From positions 896,001 to 960,000 of the forward strand of contig JBJBCN010000002.1 in NCBI GenBank assembly GCA_047285805.1: 64,000 bases of DNA, in the 5' to 3' direction. A program made the position numbers and the translations under genes. This stretch comes from Synechococcus sp. Lineage in GTDB: Bacteria; Cyanobacteriota; Cyanobacteriia; PCC-6307; Cyanobiaceae. Under the pieces are notes generated by a model. The model was not told where the DNA came from. It was given only the letters and a program-made list of their open reading frames with translations, and ran no database searches. Shown in pieces: positions 1 through 10,700 of this stretch (positions within the stretch are counted from its first letter, which is position 1; every line of letters starts with the position of its first letter).

Positions 1-177
1 CTCTACCGGCTGAAGCTCAGAAAGCCTGACCCTCAGCTGGCGCGAGAGCCACGCATTTTGCCGGTCTTCAGACCGTGCGCAAGTGAGACAAGGGAATCTT
101 CAGATTTCAGTGACGGAGAATTGCAACGTTGGCTTGGGGCCGAACTCTTGAAACAGCAATATTCGCCACACTCTTGA
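1..177 (+). CDS. Possible 3' end of a gene running in from the left edge
   Basis: Frame +1 is open from base 1 to TGA at 175-177 (LYRLKLRKPDPQ...KQQYSPHS*); no family recognised. Confidence 0.35.
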   Translation, partial: LYRLKLRKPDPQLAREPRILPVFRPCASETRESSDFSDGELQRWLGAELLKQQYSPHS

Positions 178-220
178 GCCCGAAGGCTCGCTTCGATGGT
201 TCCCCAGCGAACACTCTCCC

Positions 221-412
221 GTGCGCTACGAACCTGGCACCAGCGAATGCCGCGTCCTGATCAACAGCAAGGAGCAAATCGAAACAATGCTCCTGACCTT
301 GAGCAAGCTGGAGAACACCGAAGCCATTCGTGAGCAGTTGCGCTCCGTCCACGCCCAGCTCGAGGCATTCCACGATCAGGTGCGTGAACAACGCAGTTCC
401 GTTCCGGCCTGA
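221..412 (+). CDS. Small conserved hypothetical protein
   Basis: 63 aa ORF with GTG start and coiled-coil-like composition (MRYEPGTSECRVLINSKEQIETML...). Confidence 0.7.
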   Translation: MRYEPGTSECRVLINSKEQIETMLLTLSKLENTEAIREQLRSVHAQLEAFHDQVREQRSSVPA

Positions 413-454
413 GCATTGCTCTAATCGAAGTAGACCTTCGATTCGGCCGCTTCC

Positions 455-802
455 ATGGCAGCCGCTCCCTTCCACAGCCGCGTGCTCATCCTGATGGCTC
501 TGCTCAGCGTGACCGTCGGGGTCAGCGCTGCCCAGGAGGTGAGCCTGGTCCGGCAGCAGCCGATCGAGCAGGCGGACGCCAGCCTGCGCACCCAGGGCTG
601 GCTACCAGCTGAGGCCCTGACTCCGGAGTCCATGGATCGGCAGTTGGCCGGGAATCGCCTGCAGAGCCTGAGTGCCTGCTCCGGCACAGGTCAAGGCTTT
701 TGCCGCTACGACTACCAGCGGGGAGTCGAGACCCTTGCCGTCATTACCGTTCCTGGCCCTACAGCCCACGGCTTGGTGCTGCAGTGGTTTCAGGGGCGAT
801 GA
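455..802 (+). CDS. Hypothetical secreted protein
   Basis: Signal-peptide-like N-terminus; Cys pair in LSACSGTGQGFCRYDY. Confidence 0.7.
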   Translation: MAAAPFHSRVLILMALLSVTVGVSAAQEVSLVRQQPIEQADASLRTQGWLPAEALTPESMDRQLAGNRLQSLSACSGTGQGFCRYDYQRGVETLAVITVPGPTAHGLVLQWFQGR

Positions 803-826
803 TGCCCGGAGGCGCCACGAGCAACC

Positions 827-940
827 GTGTTTGAGAACGACAAGCGTCCGCCTTGGTTGAACTGGCTGTTCCTAGGGATCTTCCTCTGGAGCTCCTGGCA
901 GCTGGCCGGCTTCTGGTTCCAGCAGCTTCACGGCAGCTAG
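827..940 (+). CDS. Small (37 aa) membrane protein, below the ORF-track cutoff
   Basis: GTG...TAG reads (M)FENDKRPPWLNWLFLGIFLWSSWQLAGFWFQQLHGS; one Trp-rich hydrophobic helix; fills the gap between neighbours. Confidence 0.55.
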   Translation: MFENDKRPPWLNWLFLGIFLWSSWQLAGFWFQQLHGS

Positions 941-941
941 A

Positions 942-1810
942 TCAATTGCGGTTCAACAGATCCAAGACATCACCGGTCAACGCCGGGGACTGAACATCAA
1001 GCTGGCGCATCGCTCCACCGCCGCTGAACCTCAAGCGGCACAGCTCCACCCAGATCGGATAGGGATTGCGGGCCAGCTGTAAGGCATAGCTGCCCTGATC
1101 GAGGTTCGCAATCACGGTTGAAAGCATCTGCCAGCTGTCCCCCGCATGACCGCCGGAATAATCCTCAGCGGCCGCCGGAACAGCAAGGTTTGTCATCACC
1201 CTGTAGAAATTCGCCTCAGCCTCATCGGGCGTGGAGGCTTTGGGCAGGGTGCTGAGGAAGGTAGAGGCACGCACAAAACGGGAGGCGGTATCAACATCAC
1301 AGGGCAGCAGCAGCGTTCCCCCAAAGGGCTGGTAGCGCTTTAGGTTCTGCAGCTGCCATGCCGGGGGGGGCTCGTTAATGATCACCCGGGTCTGGTTGCC
1401 CTGATGCACCACCATCCGGCCGACGGTTAACTCGACCACCGCTGAGCGTCCACGGCGATCCGCCAGCGAAAGATGCAGGCTCCAATTGCGATCCAGGACA
1501 TGGTCGGAAACGGTCTGAACCTGTGCAAAGCCTGCAATCGCCTCCTCGACAGTCGCGAAGTTGTCGAGCACAAATTCCACCATCCGCCGGTTGGAGAGGA
1601 CCGGCTTACCGCTCCTGGCGGAGCCGTAGTCACTGACGAAGAGGTACAGCAGGTTGACGTTTAGTCACCTTTAACTCAGGCCATCGGCGAGCACGGTTCC
1701 CACACTCATCACCCCGACGCTGCCGTGCTTCACGCGCCAGCGCTTAGCATTCGGAATGCTTGTGCTGACCAGACCACCGGCCTCCAGGCCGCGGGGCAGC
1801 AGAACCAGGT
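942..1810 (-). pseudogene. Linear amide C-N hydrolase (choloylglycine hydrolase/penicillin V acylase family), disrupted
   Basis: ORF 942-1583 has family-like motifs (LDNFATVEEA, LHLSLAD, SRFVRA). The same frame continues upstream as DLVLLPRG...LADGLS*R*LNVNLLYL with stops at 1671-1673 and 1665-1667. No N-terminal catalytic Cys found; 5' limit approximate. Confidence 0.8.
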
Positions 1811-1919
1811 CCGCCGCTGGCGTCAAGGCCCCAATCAAGAGCAACGCGACGGGCTAAAACCGACGGGCGCCATGGGCAAGCGCGATCGAACGCTCCCCAC
1901 AGGATGTTCAGAACAGCGC

Positions 1920-2315
1920 CTAGCGGCGACGTTTGCCCTTCACTGATTTGGGGGCTGGGGCCACGACGACCTGAACGAAACGCACCAATCCCCCCAACAA
2001 ACACAGAAGCGCCAACAGGGCGAGACCACCCAGAAGCAGCACCCCGAGCAACTGGAGGATTCCCATCAACAGTTGGGAGAGCCCACCGATCAGATGCGCC
2101 AAGGCGGTGCTCACCAAGAGCAGGCTGTCGAGGTCAATCAGCTGGGGCAGCTTGAGCAACAGCACGAGCAGGCCAACCCCGCCGGCCATCATGAGTACCG
2201 CCTCAAAGATCAGCCTAGGGCGGTTCTTGGCCTTGCGCTTGCGGAAGAGAGGGCGATGACGATCAGCCGCTCCTGAGGAGCTCCCCACTACCCGCAGACG
2301 CCGCTGCCGTGTCAT
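1920..2315 (-). CDS. Hypothetical membrane protein
   Basis: Basic N-terminus followed by 2-3 hydrophobic helices; start overlaps the upstream gene's stop (ATGA). Confidence 0.7.
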   Translation of the reverse strand: MTRQRRLRVVGSSSGAADRHRPLFRKRKAKNRPRLIFEAVLMMAGGVGLLVLLLKLPQLIDLDSLLLVSTALAHLIGGLSQLLMGILQLLGVLLLGGLALLALLCLLGGLVRFVQVVVAPAPKSVKGKRRR

Positions 2316-2560
2316 GACTCCAGCTGGTGTCCGGCGCCGCGCATCCAGCGTTCAAATTCGATCAAGACCAGCTCATTAGGGCAATCCACCAGGTTCAGGT
2401 CGCCCACGGTGCAATCCCCCTGACCGCCGTGGTGCAACGAGATATGGAAGTCAGGACCACTCAAACCGCACACTTCCGGATCGCTGCGAACGACAACATC
2501 CAGGCAGGCGCCCAGACGGGTGACACGACGACGCAATTCCGACCAGCTCAATGCGCTCAT
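2312..2560 (-). CDS. Conserved hypothetical protein
   Basis: 82 aa ORF in a co-directional run. Confidence 0.7.
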   Translation of the reverse strand: MSALSWSELRRRVTRLGACLDVVVRSDPEVCGLSGPDFHISLHHGGQGDCTVGDLNLVDCPNELVLIEFERWMRGAGHQLES

Positions 2561-2596
2561 CGCAGTACAGCAAGTGTGGGGTGATTCAAACGGACG

Positions 2597-3205
2597 TCAA
2601 CCGCCCTTAGCCGAGGGTTCAAGCTCGGGGGGAGTCTGGGCTGCCGGCTTCGGCGTCGGCAGCATCGCGATCAAGGCAGCACTGATCGCGAGAGCCGCCA
2701 CCCCGGCTACCGGAGCCGCTATCCGGCGGAGCAACGGCTGACGGTGGCGCAGCTCCTTGCGCGCCAGGGGCAGCAGCGGCGGCGCCTCAAACGGAAGCGC
2801 CAGACGGGGATCCAAGCGCAGCTGATCGAGGCAACGCACCAAGTCCGAGAGCTCGGCGTCATCCAGGCGCAAGGTCAAGGGCGATGTATTCGGCTGGCTG
2901 CTGCGCAACTCCAACTGGTGGCAGGACTCACCTGGGGCAATCGCCACCGGTGCATCCGCAGCCCCAAAGGCCTTGGGCACGCCACTGAGCAGATGGCGCG
3001 CATAGGGAATCGCGGCGCTCAGCAGAGCCTGGAGGTGTTCGCGCTTGCCCTCCAGTTCGGTCTGACCCGCCAGCCCCATGGTGAAGCCGGTCAAGATGCC
3101 GATCGTGCTCGCGTCCTGCCCGGCAGAGAGATCAGGCAGACCCTCAACGATCAAGCGGCAGCTGGTTTGTTCGTAGCGCGTGGTGAGTTTCATCTCAGTA
3201 ATCAA
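2597..3205 (-). CDS. DUF4335-family protein
   Basis: RYEQTSCRLIVEGLPD, GKREHLQAL and LDDAELSDLVRCLD motifs; C-terminal TM helix; follows DUF3038 as usual in cyanobacteria. Confidence 0.8.
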   Translation of the reverse strand: MITEMKLTTRYEQTSCRLIVEGLPDLSAGQDASTIGILTGFTMGLAGQTELEGKREHLQALLSAAIPYARHLLSGVPKAFGAADAPVAIAPGESCHQLELRSSQPNTSPLTLRLDDAELSDLVRCLDQLRLDPRLALPFEAPPLLPLARKELRHRQPLLRRIAAPVAGVAALAISAALIAMLPTPKPAAQTPPELEPSAKGG

Positions 3206-3738
3206 ACAGCCGCATCAAGAAGACTGGCCCTAAGGCGCTCGAAGCCACCCTCACCAGCGCAGAGCGCCATCGCTTGCACCAGCTCGCGGCTCAGGGCTGG
3301 TCCCTGCTCGGGATCCAGCAGACGCTGGACACCACCGCGCCGTGGGTTCAAGCGCTCCAGCACCAGCTCCCGCAGGCGCGAGCGAAACAAGTCCCAGCGC
3401 TGTGCATTCAGATCAGGGGGCTCAGCTGAAGACAGGAGCGTCCGCAACATCGGATAGAGACGCTCCGAGAGGGCCGTCAGGATGCGAATCAAAGCGTCTG
3501 TCTCCTCAGGCTTAAGGGACGCCCGGCGGGTGTTGCGGCGCAGGGGGTTGCTGCAGCGGCGCTTCCAGAGCTCCACCCGGTTAGGGAAGAGATCGGTAAA
3601 GCCCATCTCCTCGCTCAGCCAAACCATCGCCTCCCCGCCGTTGAGATCGAGTGCTTCGGCGCAGAGGAGCATCAAATCCAGGCGCTCAATGCCGCGGCGG
3701 GACAAGGGGGGTTGCACGCTCGCTGGGGCTTCGGCCAT
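3202..3738 (-). CDS. DUF3038-family protein
   Basis: [20 protein letters not shown] and [17 protein letters not shown] motifs. Confidence 0.8.
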   Translation of the reverse strand: MAEAPASVQPPLSRRGIERLDLMLLCAEALDLNGGEAMVWLSEEMGFTDLFPNRVELWKRRCSNPLRRNTRRASLKPEETDALIRILTALSERLYPMLRTLLSSAEPPDLNAQRWDLFRSRLRELVLERLNPRRGGVQRLLDPEQGPALSRELVQAMALCAGEGGFERLRASLLDAAV

Positions 3739-3777
3739 GGCTGCGATACTGCCAGCTCTGGCGCTGATTCGTCGACC

Positions 3778-4302
3778 ATGACCTCTATCAACCTGCGTCA
3801 GCTGGTTAGGGAAGTCCCCGATTTCCCGCAGCCCGGGATCCTCTTTCGCGACATCATCCCGCTAATGCGCCAACCGGAAGCCTGGCAGGAGGTCATGCGT
3901 CAGCTCGGAGAGGTCTGTGACCGGCTCAAGCCCGACCTGATCGTCGGCATCGAATCACGCGGGTTCATCGTTGGCACCGCCCTGGCAACCGCCAAAAAGA
4001 TCGGCTTCAGCCCGGTGCGCAAACCCGGCAAGCTACCCGGCGAGTTAATCAGTGTGGATTACAGCCTCGAGTACGGCACCGACCGACTCGAAATCGTGCC
4101 CGATGGATTCGAAAACAAACCCCGGGTGTTGATCGTCGACGACCTGCTGGCCACGGGAGGCACCGCCGCGGCATGCGCCCATTTGGTAGAGCAGGTGGGC
4201 GGCGAACTGGTGGGGTTTGCCTTCGTAGTGGAACTGGCGGATCTGGGGGGTCAGAGCAAGCTCCCCGCCGGGGTACCCGTCAACTCATTGATCGTCTATT
4301 GA
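3778..4302 (+). CDS. apt: Adenine phosphoribosyltransferase
   Basis: [32 protein letters not shown] and PRPP motif [13 protein letters not shown] at 3778. Confidence 0.95.
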   Translation: MTSINLRQLVREVPDFPQPGILFRDIIPLMRQPEAWQEVMRQLGEVCDRLKPDLIVGIESRGFIVGTALATAKKIGFSPVRKPGKLPGELISVDYSLEYGTDRLEIVPDGFENKPRVLIVDDLLATGGTAAACAHLVEQVGGELVGFAFVVELADLGGQSKLPAGVPVNSLIVY

Positions 4303-4306
4303 GAAC

Positions 4307-4519
4307 TTAAAGATGCAGGTCCTGCCACTGCAGGACCTGATCGAGCTGCTCGAGGCTGATCAAGCCAAAGCGCCAGAGCACAACAGGAAGGGGGGCCTGC
4401 TCGAGCTGCGACTGCTTCAGGCCCAGGCCCAACGCGTTCTCACTAAGCCCCAGCGTGCTGCGGAGGAAGCGCAGCAGCTCGGGATGAGGAGCGGGTTGCG
4501 GCGAGGTGCAGATCACCAT
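4307..4519 (-). CDS. DUF2949-family protein
   Basis: LPVVLWRFGLISLEQLDQVLQW motif. Confidence 0.8.
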   Translation of the reverse strand: MVICTSPQPAPHPELLRFLRSTLGLSENALGLGLKQSQLEQAPLPVVLWRFGLISLEQLDQVLQWQDLHL

Positions 4520-4532
4520 GCCGCCATCCTGC

Positions 4533-5723
4533 TCAGCCCCGCCAGAGGCGGCAAGGCCCGTTGCTCATCGCCCGCAGACTGATCTGTCGCATCCAGCCCC
4601 AACGCACCAGGGCGCTCAGGGCCCAGCGACGCACCAGCAGGAGTGGGGCGAAGCGGTTGGAGAAGAAGCGCACAAGGGCGTCGGTGGCCAGCAGCACCAG
4701 GGCGATGTCAAGCACGCGGGCGCGCCCGTAGGCCCCCGCTAACGATCGGGGCCGCAGACGTCCGTCCGCACAACGCCGAGCCAGACGATGGAGCTGATCC
4801 ACGTCACGCCAACAGAGGTTAAGGCCCTGACCGCCAACGGGATGGCAGCGATGGGCCACCTCGCCCACGACGACCGTGGTGCGGCGGGCCAGAGGCCAGG
4901 ACCACTCCAAGGCAACCGGAAAGGCCCGGGGCTGATCCAAGAGCACTTCCGCCTGGAGCTCTTCGGGCAAGGCCGCGCTGATGGCATCCAGGAAAGCCAC
5001 CGCATCCAGCTGCTCCAACTGGCGCAGGCGCTCCAGCGATGCACTCCAAACCAATTGAAAGGCATCACCCCCAAGGGGCAGGACCGCAAAGGGGCCTTCC
5101 GGGCGAAACAGCTCCCAGGCCTGATCAGGGGCGGAGCCCCGCAAGCGCACCTGCACCGTGAGACAGCCCTGGCGGTAGGACCAACCCCGCTGCCGAATGC
5201 GGGCGGCCTGGCGGGTGGGCGAACGGTGGCCATCGGCCGCCACCAAGAGATCAAAGCCGGCGGAAGCGGACAGCGGTTGGGTACCCAGATACTCTTCAAT
5301 GGCGCCCTGCTTGCCGATGGCCTCGAGCAAGACCCGCATCAAATCCCGGTGCTGCAGGATCCAGCCCACCGGTTGATCGCCACCCCCCAGCCAGGACAGG
5401 TCGGCGGATGTAAAGGGCACCTGAAGGTGGGTGGCCCGATCACAGAGTTCCAGCCGCCGAAACTGGGCCAGGGCTGGAGAGAGGTCCTCCCAGAGTCCCA
5501 ACCGCAGCAACAGTTCGCGACTGGAGTGGGTCAGCGCATAGGCCCGGTTGCGCGCCAGCAGGGCAGCAGCATCGAGGGGATCGCAGATCTCAACCTGCCA
5601 CCCGGCCTCTGCCAGCGCCAGAGCCGAGAGCGCCCCGGTGGGTCCGGCGCCATTGACCCGAGCACGCAGGCCGGAGGGCTTTCTCAGGGGCACGGAACGA
5701 ACGGCACAAAAAAACCGCAGCAC
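4533..5723 (-). CDS. UbiH/VisC-like FAD-dependent monooxygenase
   Basis: GAGPTG, AADG, GPFAVLP and AHRCHPVGGQGLNL motifs; true start may be slightly downstream. Confidence 0.85.
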   Translation of the reverse strand: MLRFFCAVRSVPLRKPSGLRARVNGAGPTGALSALALAEAGWQVEICDPLDAAALLARNRAYALTHSSRELLLRLGLWEDLSPALAQFRRLELCDRATHLQVPFTSADLSWLGGGDQPVGWILQHRDLMRVLLEAIGKQGAIEEYLGTQPLSASAGFDLLVAADGHRSPTRQAARIRQRGWSYRQGCLTVQVRLRGSAPDQAWELFRPEGPFAVLPLGGDAFQLVWSASLERLRQLEQLDAVAFLDAISAALPEELQAEVLLDQPRAFPVALEWSWPLARRTTVVVGEVAHRCHPVGGQGLNLCWRDVDQLHRLARRCADGRLRPRSLAGAYGRARVLDIALVLLATDALVRFFSNRFAPLLLVRRWALSALVRWGWMRQISLRAMSNGPCRLWRG

Positions 5724-5761
5724 AATTCTGTGCTGCGGCCTACGTCAAACGAGAGAGGCAA

Positions 5762-6016
5762 TCAGCCCAAGCCCAGCAGGCCGTGGGTAAAGGACTCACC
5801 ACCCAGGGCCAGCTCGGTGGCGAGCAGGGCGATGAAACCGAGCATGGCCATGCGGCCGTTGAGCTTTTCAGCGCGGTCGTGGAAGCCCCAACCGCTTTCG
5901 GCATCCACCACTTCCATGCGTGGCTCGGTGGCAAAGGCGTTAAGGCGGCCGCCATCTTCTTCGGTGACAGTGGCGCCGCGGATTACCGCAGGGGCGGAAG
6001 GATTGGACTGAGTCAT
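5762..6016 (-). CDS. hli: High-light-inducible protein (HLIP)
   Basis: Chlorophyll-binding motif [14 protein letters not shown]-terminal [10 protein letters not shown]. Confidence 0.95.
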   Translation of the reverse strand: MTQSNPSAPAVIRGATVTEEDGGRLNAFATEPRMEVVDAESGWGFHDRAEKLNGRMAMLGFIALLATELALGGESFTHGLLGLG

Positions 6017-6033
6017 CACGCGTCGCTCCGGAA

Positions 6034-6070
6034 CGTAACGAAACTGTAACGCAATATTGCGCCATGTAAC
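6034..6070 (-). promoter_or_regulatory. Possible RpaB (HLR1-like) half-sites upstream of hli
   Basis: Minus-strand GTTACA (6070-6065), GTTACA (6050-6045) and GTTACG (6039-6034); spacing 20 and 11 bp rather than the canonical 10. Confidence 0.4.
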
Positions 6071-6076
6071 AAGCCC

Positions 6077-6724
6077 TCAGCGAAGGCGCTTGAGGCAGAG
6101 CTCCTCAAAGGCAGGACGAAGCAAAAACGGATACTCACCGACCCAAAGCTTCATCTGGGGCAACCAGGCATCACTGAGAGCCCCGACCCGGGAGAAGTCC
6201 TTGCGCTCACTCAGCACCAGGCAGCGCACGACCGCACCCCGGCGTATCTGCTTGTGTTTCTTGTTGTACGGAAACCGAACACTGCCGAGGTAGCCGTCTT
6301 CATCCTCCAGCTCCAAGCAGAGCCAGGTGCGGCGGTTCTCGACGGTCTCCAGTCGCCCCTGCTTGTCGGTGGTCTCCTGGCGACCCTCCACCAATTCCTT
6401 CGTGTAGAGGTCGACCACTTCCCCCTCAAAGATCGCGGCCGCCGGGTACCGGCGCAGGGTCGCGTTCTTGCGACTGGCCTCAACGATCGGCCCCCAGAGC
6501 ACATAGAGCAGGAAGACCACACCGACCATCAGCAGGATCGGAGAGGCCTGACTGTTGATGGCCACCCCCTGGCTGATCAGCAGGCTGATCACGCCGCCGA
6601 TGACCGATATGAACACCCGCTGAAGCACCTTCTGGGGGTTCCCGCTGCAGAAGTTGAACTGGGGGCCACTGGCCACCGCGGGGATCAGACGCGGCAGCTC
6701 TCCGGGGCGAAGCGGGATGAGCAT
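6077..6724 (-). CDS. Conserved cyanobacterial membrane protein
   Basis: MLIPLRPGELPRLIPAVASGPQF start; two TM helices; downstream of dapB. Confidence 0.8.
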   Translation of the reverse strand: MLIPLRPGELPRLIPAVASGPQFNFCSGNPQKVLQRVFISVIGGVISLLISQGVAINSQASPILLMVGVVFLLYVLWGPIVEASRKNATLRRYPAAAIFEGEVVDLYTKELVEGRQETTDKQGRLETVENRRTWLCLELEDEDGYLGSVRFPYNKKHKQIRRGAVVRCLVLSERKDFSRVGALSDAWLPQMKLWVGEYPFLLRPAFEELCLKRLR

Positions 6725-6750
6725 GGCGCCAGTGTCTGCTGCTGAAAGGA

Positions 6751-7605
6751 TTAGAGCAAGCGCTCCAGGCCATAAACCAGGCCCTCCAACTGACGCACCT
6801 TGCGTGCTGTCAGGAGCACGCCGGGCATGTACGCGGAGCGATCAATCGTGTCGTGGCGAAGGGTGTAGGTCTCGCCCGGGGCACCAAACATCACCTCTTG
6901 ATGGGCCACCAGACCGGGAAGACGGATGGAGTGGAGCCGCAGACCGCTATCCCGCTGACCGCCCCGGCAACCCGCCAGGGTTTCGTGCTCCTCCACCTGC
7001 AGCGGGTTGAACTGCTTGCCGAGGTCCTCCATCAACTCAGCAGTCTTGATGCAGGTGCCGCTCGGAGCGTCGGCCTTGCGGTTGTGGTGCATCTCGGTCA
7101 GCTCGGCGAAGTCATAAAAGCGGGCCGCCGCCGCAGCGGCCTGCTGCAACAGGACCATCCCGACGGAGAAGTTGGGAATCACGGCACCACCCACGGACGC
7201 CTTGGCTGCAAATTGGGCCAGCTCACTGAGTTGCTCGGGGCTCAGGCCGGTGGTGCCGATCACCGGATGGACGCCGTAGGCGATGGCGGCGCGGGTGTGC
7301 TCGTAGACCACCGAGGGATGGGTGAAATCCACAAGAACCGCGCCCTGGCCAAGGCCGTCATTGCGCACGGCCTGACTGGCCTGGCAGAGGGTGCCCTCGA
7401 AGTCAGCGGTGATCGCCACCTCCAACTCCCCAAGGCCGAGCTCCAGCCCCACATCCGCGCCTTCCTTGCCTGGGGTGGTGTCCACGGCCCCCACCAGCTG
7501 GCAATCGGCGGCCGCAACAACGGTTTTGATCACCTCGGCACCCATCCGGCCCAAGGCACCAGCCACCACAACGGACAGGGGCTTGCTGGCGGCGGGCTGA
7601 GTCAT
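6751..7605 (-). CDS. dapB: 4-hydroxy-tetrahydrodipicolinate reductase
   Basis: GALGRMG, VDFT, GTTG, PNFS and [14 protein letters not shown] motifs. Confidence 0.95.
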   Translation of the reverse strand: MTQPAASKPLSVVVAGALGRMGAEVIKTVVAAADCQLVGAVDTTPGKEGADVGLELGLGELEVAITADFEGTLCQASQAVRNDGLGQGAVLVDFTHPSVVYEHTRAAIAYGVHPVIGTTGLSPEQLSELAQFAAKASVGGAVIPNFSVGMVLLQQAAAAAARFYDFAELTEMHHNRKADAPSGTCIKTAELMEDLGKQFNPLQVEEHETLAGCRGGQRDSGLRLHSIRLPGLVAHQEVMFGAPGETYTLRHDTIDRSAYMPGVLLTARKVRQLEGLVYGLERLL

Positions 7606-7760
7606 TGGAAGGGCAGAAGGGTGGCCCGAGCCTATGTCGCTCAATACCACGCCTTCTCATCTAGAGGACGCCCCCGAGAACTCCTGTTACAGCAACAAAA
7701 AACCTTCGCGCAGACAGCGCACTCCTACGTAGGCTCCTTCACATTGCTCAATCAGCGCGA

Positions 7761-10700
7761 ATGTTCACGCAGGTCCGCTCCGCCTCCCGCCGCGTCAGCC
7801 CTGCGGAGGTGAACGGCCGGGCCGTGATGAAGGCGGTCTATGTGGTCCTGGAGCCCCAGTATCAGAACGCGCTGACCCAAGCGGCCACCGCCCTGAACGA
7901 GGCCAATGGCCCCCTGGCCGTTGATCTGAGCGGCTACCTGATCGAGGAGCTGCGGGACCCGAAGAACTACGAGGACTTCTGTGCCGACGTCGCTGAAGCC
8001 GATGTCTTCATCGCCTCGCTGATCTTCATTGAAGACTTGGCCCAGAAGGTTGTCGATGCAGTGGCCCCCCACCGCGACCGACTGAAGGCAGCCGTCGTGT
8101 TCCCCTCCATGCCTGAGGTGATGCGCCTAAACAAGTTGGGCAGCTTCTCGATGGCCCAGCTCGGTCAGAGCAAGTCCGCCATCGCGGGCTTCATGAAAAA
8201 GCGCAAGGAGGCCGGTGGTGCCGGGTTCCAGGACGCCATGCTGAAGCTGCTCAACACCCTGCCGACGGTGTTGAAGTATCTGCCGGTGGAGAAGGCGCAG
8301 GACGCCCGCTCCTTCATGCTCAGCTTCCAGTACTGGCTGGGCGGCACTCCGGACAACCTTAGGAACTTCCTGTTGATGCTGGCGGACAAGTACGTCTTCC
8401 CTCTCAGCAGCGAAGACCGTCCCGAGATTCAAGTAGCCGATCCCGAGGTCTTCCCGGACTTGGGCATCTGGCACCCTTTGGCGCCCTCGATGTTCGAGGA
8501 CCTCAAGGAGTACCTCAACTGGAACGCCAGTCGCCAGGACCTCAGCGACAAAGCCCGCAAGGGCCCAGTCATCGGCCTTGTGCTGCAGCGCAGTCACATC
8601 GTTACAGGTGATGAGGCCCACTACGTCGCAGTCATCCAGGAACTCGAGTTCCGCGGCGCCACAGTCGTCCCAGTCTTCTGCGGCGGCCTGGACTTCACCA
8701 AGCCGGTCAACGCTTACTTCTATGACCCGCTTAACCCCGACCAGCCCCTGGTGGACGGAGTGGTCTCCCTGACCGGTTTCGCCCTGGTCGGCGGCCCGGC
8801 CCGTCAGGACCACCCTAAGGCCATTGAGGTCTTAAAGAAGCTCAACCGTCCATACATGGTGGCTCTGCCCCTGGTGTTCCAAACCACCCAGGAGTGGGAA
8901 GAGAGCGATCTGGGACTGCACCCGGTTCAGGTAGCCCTGCAGATCGCCATTCCCGAGCTCGATGGCGCGATCGAACCAATCGTGCTCTCCGGCCGCGACG
9001 ATGCCACCGGCAAAGCCCACACCCTGCAGGACCGGGTAGAAGCCATTGCCGAACGGGCTATCCGTTGGGCCTCCCTGCGGGTCAAGCCCCGCACCGAGAA
9101 GAAGCTGGCGATCACCGTCTTCAGCTTCCCCCCGGACAAGGGCAACGTCGGTACAGCGGCCTACCTCGATGTCTTCGGCTCCATCCACCGCGTGATGGAG
9201 GAAATGCGCGCCAAGGGATACGACGTCAGTGGTCTGCCTCGCACCTCCAAGGAGCTTATGGAGGCCGTGCTGCAGGACCCTGAAGCCCTCGAGGGTGCTC
9301 CGGAGCTGGCAATCGCCCACCGGATGAGCGTTGAGGAATACGAGCGTCTCACTCCCTACTCGGAGCGCCTCGAAGAGAACTGGGGCAAGCCCCCCGGCAA
9401 CTTGAACACCGACGGCACCAACCTGCTGATCTTCGGTCGCAACTTCGGCAACGTCTTCGTCGGCGTTCAACCCACTTTTGGCTACGAGGGTGATCCGATG
9501 CGGCTGCTTTACTCCCGCAGCGCCAGCCCCCACCACGGCTTCGCCGCCTACTACACCTACCTGGAGAAGGTATGGGGTGCCGATGCAGTCCTGCACTTCG
9601 GCACCCACGGCTCCCTGGAGTTCATGCCCGGTAAGCAGATGGGCATGAGCGAGACCTGCTACCCCGACTCGCTGATCGGTGCCCTGCCGAACCTCTACTA
9701 CTACGCCGCCAACAACCCCTCGGAGGCCACCATCGCCAAGCGCCGGGGCTATGCCGAAACCATCAGCTACCTGACACCTCCGGCTGAAAATGCAGGTCTC
9801 TACAAGGGTCTCAAAGAGCTGGGAGAACTGGTGGGCTCCTACCAGCAGCTGCGTGAGAGCTCACGCGGCGTCCAAATCGTCAATGCCGTGGTCGAAACCG
9901 CACGCCAGTGCAACCTCGACAAGGATGTTCAGCTGCCCGAGGTCGATGCGGGTGAGCTGAATCTCGACGGGCGCGATGGCGTTGTTGGCGCGGTCTATCG
10001 CCAACTTATGGAGATCGAGAGCCGGCTGCTGCCCTGCGGCCTGCACACCATCGGTAAGCCCCCCACCGCGGAGGAGGCTATCGCCACCCTGGTGAACATT
10101 GCTGCCCTCGAGCGAGAGGAAGACGGCATCCGTTCCCTGCCTGCCCTGCTGGCGGAGAGCAAAGGCCGCACCATCGCCGATGTCTACAAAGGGAACGACG
10201 AAGGCGTACTCGCCGATGTGGAGCTCAACCGCATTATCACGGAGACCTCACGCGCCGCCATCGGCGCCATGGTCCAGGCCGTCACCGGCAGCGATGGCCG
10301 GGTGACCCTGCGCCGCAACTTCGGTTGGTTCTTCGACCTGCTCGAGCGCTTCGGCTTCAAGCTTCCCAGTCCCTGGCTGAGCGCGTGCCGCTTCGCTGGC
10401 TTCCCCGACGTCGATCAAGCCGAGCTGGAGACCCTCTTCGACTACCTGCAGTTCTGCCTCGAGCAGGTCTGCGCCGATCTAGAGATGGAGAGCCTGCTGA
10501 AAGCCCTCGATGGTGAGTACGTCCTCCCGGGCCCCGGCGGTGATCCGATCCGGAACCCCAACGTGCTGCCCAGCGGCAAGAACCTTCACGCCCTCGATCC
10601 CCAGGCCATACCAACCCGGGCCGCTGTGGCCGCCGCCAAGGTGGTGGTGGACCGCCTGATCGAGCGTCAGCGCAAAGAGCAGGGCACCTGGCCCGAAACC

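Noticed and set aside
4788..6011. Long antisense ORFs (e.g. 4788-6011, 6853-7812, 25446-26498, 36177-37247, 46090-47724)
   Set aside because: They shadow well-supported genes on the opposite strand, which is expected in GC-rich DNA, and show no family motifs
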